Part shown: positions 39,455 to 49,200 of the stretch, piece after piece | Numbering within the stretch: position 1 is the first letter of the stretch | Layout: each line of letters starts with the position of its first letter | Virus record (IMG/VR): IMGVR_UViG_3300042471_000228 | Location: 1 to 64,000 of that record | Direction: 5' to 3' (one strand) | DNA length: 64,000 bases | From: a virus | Notes under the pieces: generated by a model | The model's input: only the letters and a program-made list of their open reading frames with translations | Told to the model about the DNA's origin: nothing | The model's database searches: none | Made by a program: the position numbers and the translations under genes

Positions 39455-42400
39455 TTACTGAGTATTCCTAGGAAGACTCTTGATCTTTACTTTTCTAACA
39501 GAACCTCCATTGTTTTTAAAATAAAAGTCTCTACCATCAGGATTTGATATACCATCAGGTAGCATGTTTTTAGCTGAGGCTTTATATAGAATTTCTTTTT
39601 TAACTTTATTAGGTATAGGTAATAACCCAATTGTTGTACCAGTAGCATTATTAAGTATGTCTTCTAATGCTTCTCTTCCTTTATATTTTAATGGTCTATC
39701 ATCATTAAATATTGTACCTAGTTCATGTCCTACTCCCATGATGTTTGCACCTAACCAACCTAGTGCTGGAGAAACAATTGGTATATTACCTGTTTTATTT
39801 GCTATAGCTTGTTGAGTATACATTCCAGCTAAAGGATGTCTAAAATTATCTACTGGATCTTCTCCAGGTTCTAATCCTTCTGCTGCTTCACGAGCTGCTT
39901 TACCCATAGGATCTCCTAATGATTTATTTAATCTATCTTCAAATGACATACGTCTACTGCGAATCTTTAGAGGTTTTTCACTATGAGTAGAATCCCAAGT
40001 ATTATCTTGAGGATCATATATCATAGAAAACTTTTGTAATTCAGTAACAGGAATAATATTACCATTTGAATCTAGATATCTAGCATAAGATTTAAAATTA
40101 GGATCTAGATAAATACTTTGTCCAGTAGGTGTTTTATATTCCTTACCTTTAGTAGATCCACCTTCTTGTTTAACAGGTATTGAATCAAGTATCTTTTTTG
40201 TAAATGCGTTTCTGCTAACCATATCCTTACCTTTAGAGGTTCTCTTATATTCCTTTAGCATTTTCTGATGCGCTACTTCTTTTTCCTTAGGAGTTTTTGC
40301 ATTACTATACTCATCTATAGCTGAAGTAAACTTTGTAAAGTCCTTTATTACACCATTGTAAGTATAATCTACTATTAGATCTTTTAGCGTGTCAGGTACT
40401 TTATCAAAAGCATTTTTTCCATGTCTGTTGTTGTAAACTCTTTCAGCAGTAATTAGATGGTTTGCTAGATCTTTATTAAATAATTCTTCAGCTTGTTTTT
40501 CTGTTATACCTTTAGAGTATGTTCCCTTTCGTACTTCTTCATCAGTCAACTTATGTCCGTAAGCAATAGTTTTATTACCACCTTCTTTTGAAGCATGTGG
40601 TAACCACTTTTGAGAATTCTTATTAAATCCTTCTCTAATACCGTTCTCCTCTATTTTTAATGCCTTTATGTATTCTTCTGTTGGAGTATACTTTTTACGA
40701 AGTTGTTTAGGTGTACTAGGAACAGTTGTAGCATTAGCAGCAAATGGTTGGAAGTTTTCTCCCCATTGATAATTACCTATATCTCTAACTGCTCCAATAG
40801 TTTTAGGAACTAATGGATTTGAAGCAGTCTCTAACAATTTTGCTTGCTTTGCAACTTTATTTGCTGCTTTAGTAGCATTAGCTAATTTAGCAGTTTGTTG
40901 TGCTGCACGTAACCATTTAGCAGCACCTGCTGTAGCAATATTTAATCCATCTAATGCAGCTCCTGATAAATCTCCTTCATATAAATTTTTACCTAATCCT
41001 ATTGCAGATGCTCCCATTCCTATATATCCTGGTACAAAAGATGCCGCATCTAATGTTAAATCAAATGCATCAGACGTATCTGTTGATGGTTTGGTATTTC
41101 TTTTCCAATTTGCATTTTTATATTCATCAACGGTATTCCATCCCATAGCTTTCGCACGTCTCTCTAATTCTTTTTGATCAACTTGACCTTTAGATTGATA
41201 CTTTACTAAACCCCCGTCTTTGAATTCGTACTTACCCAAATAGATACCTTCTACTGCACCACCTTTTTTCATTGTTTGTTTATCATACACGGTAACTAGA
41301 TCTTCATATTTGAATCTATCATTTCCTGCAGCTTTAGCTTGACTCCTTCTATTGTTTATATAGTTATCATAGGAACCAGCATCTACTAGATCTTTTGCAA
41401 TCTTTCCTACAGACTGATTGTATGCAATACCAGAAAGTTTTGCTAATTGATCCGCTGTCAGATTGATACCTTTATTATTAGATATCTCTTTTAAGAATAG
41501 ATAGTCTTTTGCAATTTTATAGAAAGTTGGTAAAGCTGCCTTCTCAGGTTTATCTAACTCATAATCAGACTTTATCAGTTTTTTCCTTAACTCTTCATTT
41601 AGATTAGTTTCATCTTTAAGTTTTGTTAAACCCATTGACTTCTCTCTATCCGAAAGGAATGTATCCTGTAATGTTTTTTCAAATGCATTAACTTGTTCAG
41701 AACTTTTACCAGCATATGTTTCAAGTGTAGGTATTGCTCTTGATACACGCATCAATTTATCAAACTCATTCTCAGATATTGGAATATCTTTTAACAAAGC
41801 TTTTTTGTTATTCTCAATTGTCTTCAAGAATTTGTAAGTAGTCTTTCCAGAAATACTTTCAGCTAATCCATCAAATTCATTTCTTGCTAGTGCTCCTTTA
41901 GGATTAAACTTACCATATTCAGTTTGATAATAGTTAACACCTTGTTCAGGAATACCGGATCCATCAGCTAGTGCACCTTCATAATAGTTAGGTCTAGTGA
42001 TACCAGATATCATTGAAACTTTGTTCTTTCCATTACCTTTAACCTTTCCTTCTAAGAAGTTAGTTAAAGGATCTTTTTCAACTTTACCGTGTACGTTGTG
42101 CTCAACAAATAGTTTACCTTGGTCATCTGCTTTTACTACACCAACGTGTGTTGTAAATAATCTATTATTTAATGACTTAGTTTGATTGTAAGCTTCTTCT
42201 GTATAGTTAGATCCTTCATAGAATATATTAACAACGTCACCTGGTTTTACTTTACTATCCCAAGTAACACCTCCACCTATAATATCTTTTAGATAAGATG
42301 CTTGATTCTGTAAGTTAGATTTTATAAATGATGCAATCTGATCTTTATTTTTTAAATCAGGAACCTGATCTCTTTCTGGTAAACCTGCAAATACTAATTT

Positions 42401-45400
42401 ACCACCTTTACTTTGAATGTTATCTGATATGTGCCATGCAGAACCACTTAAACCTAGATTCTCACGCGCTTCAAATCCAGCAGCATCTTCGTCACAAATA
42501 GTTCCATTAACATACTGAGCACACATTCCAAATGGTGTCTTAGAATCAGGGTTTAATTTAAACTTAAACGCAACTCTAGGATTAAACTCAGTTATATCAT
42601 CCGTGTTAAACTTGGTACCTTTGAAATAACCTTTACTATTTAGACTCTTTTCAAAATCTCTTATAGCTTGGTTTGAAGCACTGATATTAGCAGAACCATC
42701 TTCTTGAATAAATGTATTAAGATCTAATGGCGTCTGTATACCAAGTGTGGTTTTAGAATCATTTTGATTTTTAAAATCCTTTATAGCTTTTTTGGTAACG
42801 TCATCTAGAACACCTTCTTTATAAGGTTTATTATGTTCATTGTATTTCTCAACAGCTTCTCTTGTTTTTTTACCAAATATTCCATCAATACCATCTTTGT
42901 TAGGACCGTATTTACCTAACATATCCATGAGTCCGTTACTAGCTAGGAACTTCTGAAGCTCAATAACTTCTTCTTTAGATTTATAATTTTTAGGATCAAT
43001 CTCTTTAGACTCAAATACACCAGCGTTTTTAAAATTATTCTGTATGCTTTTAATATCATCTTCAGAATAGTCAGACTCATTCATGAATCTTAGTTTATAG
43101 TCTGCAGATTTTTTATAGTCCTTTACTAGATTCTCTTTGTTATTATATAGAGGTTCTGTGGAACTGAACTTTGGAGAAGTTTCATATTGCTTAATTTCTT
43201 TTTGAATTGCCGCTTCTTCTTGTGCAGTTTTTAATGCTGGAAACTTATCTTGAAAATAAGCATCCATGTTTTTCAAATCTACTTGTGGTTTCTGTAGAGC
43301 GATCCTTTCTTGTGGTATACCTAAAGCTTTTTCAAATCTATCTTTTTGAATAGCTTGTGCGTATTTCTCAGAACCACCGTCTACCATTTTCACAAGACCT
43401 CCATCTCTAAACTCATACTTACCTAGATAGATACCACCATCTCTCATTCCTTCCGGTTCTTGAGATCTATTATATAATTGTGAACCTACATATCCTGCAC
43501 CTATAGCAGGTACTGCAGCTGGTAACATTTTAATAAGTCTTCTCTTTTCTTCTAAAGATGTTTCTGGTTTAAAGTGTTTATTAAGATTTCCTGTTTCAAT
43601 TAAGTAATCTGTAAAATCATCTCTATCTTGTTTAATAACATCAATAGCTTGTTGCATAGATAAACCATCTCTTTTCATGAGCTCTGATGCTAGATTTGCT
43701 CTAGCTCCTGATAACTCAGCGTGTAATTCAGTAGGAGCAGACGCCCACGTTCGATACGTCTTAGGAGCATTTGGTTGAACCATTGCTCTATTAAAATCTG
43801 CAGCAATAGGATTATTTGCATGACTTGTAAAATACTCATACTGAGGATCATAACTTTCTAAAGTTGATTCCCACTTTCCTATCTTTTGAGCATCGTGTGC
43901 TATTTCATGAGCATTTGTGTGTCTTATTTTGTTAGGATCAATTAATCGATTTTGATTAACATCAACTAATACATCCTTAGTTTTTGTTTTAAAAGGATTT
44001 GATAAACTCCGAGGTAACTTCTCTTTTGCTAAGTGAGTTGTTAATACAGGACGACCCTGAGTACCTAGTGTAATTGTACTATGCTGAGTTCTTACACCAC
44101 CTATATTATCAATATTTCCTTTTAAAAATAGCTTGTCATATTCTGGTAAGTTTTGAAAACTAGGATCATTCTCATCAAAGTATACTAGTTTATTTTTTTT
44201 ATCATTTGGCAGAACAGTTTCTAATTTATCAACATCTCTATCAGCATTTGCTCTTTTTAAATCTAATACTTTTCTTTCAAACTCAGGATCATAAATAGAA
44301 GTGCTATTTTTTAATTCATTTACTTTATTTAGATCTACATCATGAGAAGTAACCCAGTCACTTTCAAGTTTTCTACGATCATCCTGTAGTTTAAAAAACT
44401 CATCGGATAAACTTTCAAATCTTTCAAAGTTATTAGGATCTTTTAATTGCTCACTTATACTCTCTAATTGGTTATCTATATTATCAATATTCGCAGAAAA
44501 CTCTGAGTCAGCTTTTGATCTTGCTTTTGAAATTTCATCAAGTTGTGGTTTTACCCTAGTGTTGTAATCATCTAATCCAGCTTGATTATATGTCCATTTT
44601 TTTTGAAATTCAGTAGCATCATCAAAAGCTTTTTGTTGGTCAACTCTTGTAAAGTTTTCTGAATAACCCGATTCAGGTACTCTATCTATACTTACTCTTT
44701 TACGTTCTAAATCCTGTAGACCTTCTAACTCTATGTCATCTACACTTCTACCAATATTATTTTCTTTAAAGAATTCATCTATAGTATAATTGTCATATGT
44801 TTTAGGAGGTATGCTTTTTGAAACTTTTTTTGCAAACGATCCAAATGGTAAAAATCCTGCAGTGTTTAATCCTAGTTCTCCAGCACCACCCCAAGTAGTA
44901 TATGTTTCTTTTTCACCTAAATCTCTACCAACTCTTCCTACATCCATTAATACAGATGCTGGATTGAACGCTCCTATTACATCACTCATAGGAGATGATG
45001 TAGGATAGTTACCACTTAGGTTACCTTGTGGTACATAACCTCTTTGCATTAAAGATCCTACTGCATCAAGAGGTTGATCCATTGCGTAAATAAACTGATT
45101 CTTTAATCTCTCAGTACCATCTGTAGCAGGTTTTATTTCTCCTTGATCTAATAGTTGTTGCTTGATTTGTTCTTTCTTTTCTTCCTCAGCAATCTTCTTT
45201 TTAGTAGCTGCAGCTTTAACTTTCTTTGCGGGAGTCATACCATCCCTTTCATCTCTTTTAGCCTCTTCTACTCTAGGATTAGTTACATAAGTATTATCTT
45301 GAACAGCTGTTTGAGGTCTCAGACCTTCCATCATATATTCATCAAAACTAACTTGTCCTTTCTTCTGATACTTTACTAAACCACCATCTTTGAATTCGTA

Positions 45401-46231
45401 GTCTCCCATATAGATACCACCTCCTTGCTGTTTTTTAATAGTACCTTTTTCTCTTTCGTAATCTATCTCTTCTTGTTCTGCTGGTTTGTTTTGCCATCTT
45501 TTAAGATCTTTATCGTAATAGTAAGTTCCTTTCTTTAATTGACCGGACTTCTGTGTATAGTTAGGATCATAAGAATCAAGAGTTCTATTCTTACTAATAC
45601 TTAAATTAACTGGTTGCAATTTAGTTTCTGATACTGGTAACTTAGTAATCGGTCTAGGTTCTACTCTTTCTAAAGGTGGTTCAAATACAACAGGTCGAGT
45701 TGGTTTTTTATATTGCGGATATAGTGTATTAATATCACCCATAGTGGGTTTATTACCATTAGCAAAAAAATTACCAGGATCTAAATAATAAGGTTTATTT
45801 CTTGGGGTTCTTATTTCCTCACCAAGTTCTCTAGCTCTTTGAGCAACTAAATCATGTGATACAATATTCCAATTTTCTCTTCTAGCATCTTCTAAAAGAC
45901 CAGGCTCATTAAAAGCGTTATATAAACTTAAACTATCAGCATATGCTTGATTAGCTATTTTAAATTCTTTAGGATCTGATATAACACGTGGCACTTGTCT
46001 ACCTTTTTGATATTTACCTAATGGTACTTCAGTAACATACTTACCAGGAAATTCATATTCTCCACCGGGCATCATCATCTGTTGATTACCAAGATCATCA
46101 ATACCAAGTATTGGGAACTTAACATCCTTCATAGTAATCCTGTTACTAGGAATGATGTTCATGTCATTAAATCTATCAGGACTATCTGGTAAATAACCCG
46201 TGTTCGTAATTTTTACTTTACGCTTATTCAT
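39455..46231 (-). CDS. Modular virion cargo polyprotein (2258 aa): zincin, PG-binding, CHAP-like, SLT-like, pre-toxin-TG-like, lysozyme and C-terminal toxin-like domains
   Basis: HEIAH (43895-43909); LQKFL..DGIFGKKT; CAQYV..HVG; LET..SMGL..AYN; LDAASFVPG; EENG..TIAYGHKL; DNFRH..HE..EDILNN. Confidence 0.72.
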   Translation of the reverse strand: MNKRKVKITNTGYLPDSPDRFNDMNIIPSNRITMKDVKFPILGIDDLGNQQMMMPGGEYEFPGKYVTEVPLGKYQKGRQVPRVISDPKEFKIANQAYADSLSLYNAFNEPGLLEDARRENWNIVSHDLVAQRARELGEEIRTPRNKPYYLDPGNFFANGNKPTMGDINTLYPQYKKPTRPVVFEPPLERVEPRPITKLPVSETKLQPVNLSISKNRTLDSYDPNYTQKSGQLKKGTYYYDKDLKRWQNKPAEQEEIDYEREKGTIKKQQGGGIYMGDYEFKDGGLVKYQKKGQVSFDEYMMEGLRPQTAVQDNTYVTNPRVEEAKRDERDGMTPAKKVKAAATKKKIAEEEKKEQIKQQLLDQGEIKPATDGTERLKNQFIYAMDQPLDAVGSLMQRGYVPQGNLSGNYPTSSPMSDVIGAFNPASVLMDVGRVGRDLGEKETYTTWGGAGELGLNTAGFLPFGSFAKKVSKSIPPKTYDNYTIDEFFKENNIGRSVDDIELEGLQDLERKRVSIDRVPESGYSENFTRVDQQKAFDDATEFQKKWTYNQAGLDDYNTRVKPQLDEISKARSKADSEFSANIDNIDNQLESISEQLKDPNNFERFESLSDEFFKLQDDRRKLESDWVTSHDVDLNKVNELKNSTSIYDPEFERKVLDLKRANADRDVDKLETVLPNDKKNKLVYFDENDPSFQNLPEYDKLFLKGNIDNIGGVRTQHSTITLGTQGRPVLTTHLAKEKLPRSLSNPFKTKTKDVLVDVNQNRLIDPNKIRHTNAHEIAHDAQKIGKWESTLESYDPQYEYFTSHANNPIAADFNRAMVQPNAPKTYRTWASAPTELHAELSGARANLASELMKRDGLSMQQAIDVIKQDRDDFTDYLIETGNLNKHFKPETSLEEKRRLIKMLPAAVPAIGAGYVGSQLYNRSQEPEGMRDGGIYLGKYEFRDGGLVKMVDGGSEKYAQAIQKDRFEKALGIPQERIALQKPQVDLKNMDAYFQDKFPALKTAQEEAAIQKEIKQYETSPKFSSTEPLYNNKENLVKDYKKSADYKLRFMNESDYSEDDIKSIQNNFKNAGVFESKEIDPKNYKSKEEVIELQKFLASNGLMDMLGKYGPNKDGIDGIFGKKTREAVEKYNEHNKPYKEGVLDDVTKKAIKDFKNQNDSKTTLGIQTPLDLNTFIQEDGSANISASNQAIRDFEKSLNSKGYFKGTKFNTDDITEFNPRVAFKFKLNPDSKTPFGMCAQYVNGTICDEDAAGFEARENLGLSGSAWHISDNIQSKGGKLVFAGLPERDQVPDLKNKDQIASFIKSNLQNQASYLKDIIGGGVTWDSKVKPGDVVNIFYEGSNYTEEAYNQTKSLNNRLFTTHVGVVKADDQGKLFVEHNVHGKVEKDPLTNFLEGKVKGNGKNKVSMISGITRPNYYEGALADGSGIPEQGVNYYQTEYGKFNPKGALARNEFDGLAESISGKTTYKFLKTIENNKKALLKDIPISENEFDKLMRVSRAIPTLETYAGKSSEQVNAFEKTLQDTFLSDREKSMGLTKLKDETNLNEELRKKLIKSDYELDKPEKAALPTFYKIAKDYLFLKEISNNKGINLTADQLAKLSGIAYNQSVGKIAKDLVDAGSYDNYINNRRSQAKAAGNDRFKYEDLVTVYDKQTMKKGGAVEGIYLGKYEFKDGGLVKYQSKGQVDQKELERRAKAMGWNTVDEYKNANWKRNTKPSTDTSDAFDLTLDAASFVPGYIGMGASAIGLGKNLYEGDLSGAALDGLNIATAGAAKWLRAAQQTAKLANATKAANKVAKQAKLLETASNPLVPKTIGAVRDIGNYQWGENFQPFAANATTVPSTPKQLRKKYTPTEEYIKALKIEENGIREGFNKNSQKWLPHASKEGGNKTIAYGHKLTDEEVRKGTYSKGITEKQAEELFNKDLANHLITAERVYNNRHGKNAFDKVPDTLKDLIVDYTYNGVIKDFTKFTSAIDEYSNAKTPKEKEVAHQKMLKEYKRTSKGKDMVSRNAFTKKILDSIPVKQEGGSTKGKEYKTPTGQSIYLDPNFKSYARYLDSNGNIIPVTELQKFSMIYDPQDNTWDSTHSEKPLKIRSRRMSFEDRLNKSLGDPMGKAAREAAEGLEPGEDPVDNFRHPLAGMYTQQAIANKTGNIPIVSPALGWLGANIMGVGHELGTIFNDDRPLKYKGREALEDILNNATGTTIGLLPIPNKVKKEILYKASAKNMLPDGISNPDGRDFYFKNNGGSVRKVKIKSLPRNTQ
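41181..45418 (-). repeat. Three dispersed linker repeats encoding GIY[ML]G[DK]YEF[KR]DGGLVK
   Basis: Copies at 41181-41248, ~43388-43435 and 45351-45418; first and third match at 57/68 nt by manual count. Confidence 0.9.
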
Positions 46232-49200
46232 TATCTAGGAGAATATTGATTTTTAACATTGGTGATCTTAAACAACATTTTAACAGGTCCTGATACACTT
46301 CTAGATAAAAGGACATGTGTAGTATAGTGTCTAAATTTCTTTCTTTCAAAAGATGCCTTTTGATAATCTAAGTTATTAATATTTAAGTCTCTTTTGTAAC
46401 CGTTTAGTTCAGTGTTCCAAATTGGTTGTTGTACGTTCGGATATGTGAACTCTCCACGGTCACGAGTGATATCCCAGAACTGATTGAAGCGATACTTCTG
46501 TTCTTCTTTACTAAAGATGATATCAATACTTGTGGGATTAATCTTAGGATATTGTAGAGCAGCAATAGGATTACCTTTAGGATTTAGATTTAGATTTAAT
46601 ACCCCGGATACTTGTTCGGTGTTATGTACAATAGCATGATCAAAGTTAAAGTCAAGCACATGATACATATCTATACCATCAATATCGTAAGTATAACATT
46701 CTAAGTCATACTCTAAAGATTTAAGAGTGTTTACAGTTTGTCCAGTAGCAGCTATAAATTCAATCTCAAAAGGATAACTTATTCCGTAATATCTACAGAA
46801 CTCATAATCATTATCATTATGTTTCCATATACCACCAGCTTGAGACTGTAAGGTCTTGGTGGTAATAAAATAGTTCTTACTTGATATAGTTAGTTCTGGA
46901 TGCCAGTCATGGAAAGAGATCCACATTTTATTTTTAGGATCATAACTTATTGTCCAACTACAATCTTCAAAGTAATCAGGATCTCCTAATGTGACTTGAA
47001 TTGAGTCATTTATTAAGAACTTATTATAGCCGTATTGAGGTGCGTATTGAAACGATCCTGCAAAATCTCTACGTCTCCTAAAATCACGTTTAGAGAAGTA
47101 TAGTATCTGATTAGTATTATCAAATACTGATTGACAACCAATACCTACTACAGGATTATCTGTTAAGTAGTAATTAGGAAAATCTTTTATCAACTGATAA
47201 GGTAAATATTTGTTGAACCACCAACGCATTGCTGCAGCTGATATTTCTTCAATACCATTACCTGTTACAGCAAATACTTTTCCTTGAGACTGACTTAAAT
47301 AATAAACTCCTGCTGGTGTATTTGTCACAGACAATCTATTCTGACAAGATCCATGTTGAAACTCTGCATCAGCATTTGTAAGATACTGTAATGGTTGTGA
47401 GAATAATCCACCATCACCAATTGTAATCTTAGTTCCTGTATCTGTTTGTAAAGTATCTACACCTAAGAACTGTGCTGGAGATTGTGTTTCAAACAAAAGC
47501 AAAGCTCCATTTTTAGAAATCTGTTTTACACTTATAGGTTTTGATGTAAAGTCTTTATAGTTGTTAGGTAAGAAAACTCTCCAATAATCTTTTACCGCTT
47601 CGTCTTGCTGTGGTAAAGAATAGATTACTCTATTAGGATAATATGTAAAACATGTTTCTGCTACACTTGGATTATAGTATGTAGGCTGCATGTTTCCCCA
47701 CGATATAAAATTATTGAATATCTTAGATACACTTAATGATATATCATACTTAAAATAATTACCAGATTTAATGTGATCGATATCAAATAACTCTCTTAAA
47801 TTAGTATATGCATATGGATCATAGTGTCTTTCTGAAGGATCTTCTCCCCAGTCTCTTAAATCAATATTGATTTCAGACTCCACAAACAAATCAATAACAC
47901 CTGACTGGAATAAATAGAAATAGGCATTCTTTTTTAAGAACCTCAATCTATTTGCACTTTTCATATTATTAACAGCACTTCCGTCAATAGCATCACTAGC
48001 ACTATTTATAAAATCTAGCAATCCTGAAAAAATACCAGGATCTTCTTCGCTTGATGCATTTATATAAGAACTTACTGTTAGCTGTTCATCCAAATCCAGA
48101 TTAAACATGTTAGTTGGTAAACCTTCTAACATCTGACCAAAGTTTCCATCAACTGCTTTATTCAAAGCAGTATTTAAAAAACTAGTTATATCAAATTTTG
48201 TAAAGTCTGCCCAGAATCTAGGATTAGAAACCATTGTTCTAAGACGATAGTCAAACTCGGTACCATCGGGTTGATTAGATAACCAATCGTAAAAATAAAA
48301 GAATGTATTCTTTTCTGTATATCTACCTATATAAACATCTCCTCCAAAAACTAGTGAACTTTCAGCAATTACAGGAACTGTATATATATTACTTATATTC
48401 AGTAAAGGTTTATATGGAAATCTACAACGTGTTGTTAACTGCTTAACAGATGTTAATTGACCATACTGATTTCTAAAAGCTAACTTTAATGCACCATAAT
48501 ACATATAAGAGTTGGAATAGAAAGGTCTGCTAATACCTTCATCTGTTATATTAGCAGCTGTAACACGATCACTTAATATTTTTAAACTATCATCTGTACC
48601 ACTAGGATCATTTAGATTACCTATTAAATCCAGAGCAACAAATCTACCTCTATACAAATTATTAATTGTCTTATCTCCAATACTCTGTAATTGATTATCT
48701 ATATATCCAGCATCCTTTATAAATCTTCGGGAGTTGGTAGCAATATCTACATTACCTTTAGATGAATAATGAAAGTATCCATGTGATGTATAAGCTTGAG
48801 CATACTGAGTGTAGCTCATAATATTTAATAATATATTAAATACAGATTGAGCACCTTCTGCAAAGTAATTTAAATAAGTAACTACACCAACTGCGCCTCG
48901 TAATAAAGTAGGTAAATAGTTTTGATCACTAGGTTCTATAGTAATTTCTCTAGTGGATCCTTCACCGGTTACGCCTGGTGTAAGAAGTGCAGCGTCACCA
49001 ACCGCATTAGCAATAAGATATGTTGTTACTGCAGGATTGACACCTGTTACCGCTTCTGTAAATATTCTAGTAAAACCAGGAAACCTGCTCTCTAATGCTG
49101 ATTCATCTAATGCTGCTAAAGCAGGAGCAGGATTTGCTGGAAGAGCTCCAACAAGATTGGAAGTCCTACCTGACTTTAATACACGAGTATGTTTACCGTG

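Noticed and set aside
41181-45418. Diversity-generating retroelement TR/VR pair or CRISPR-like repeats
   Set aside because: Repeats are short in-frame linkers about 2 kb apart, mismatches are not adenine-specific, and no reverse transcriptase or spacer array is present.
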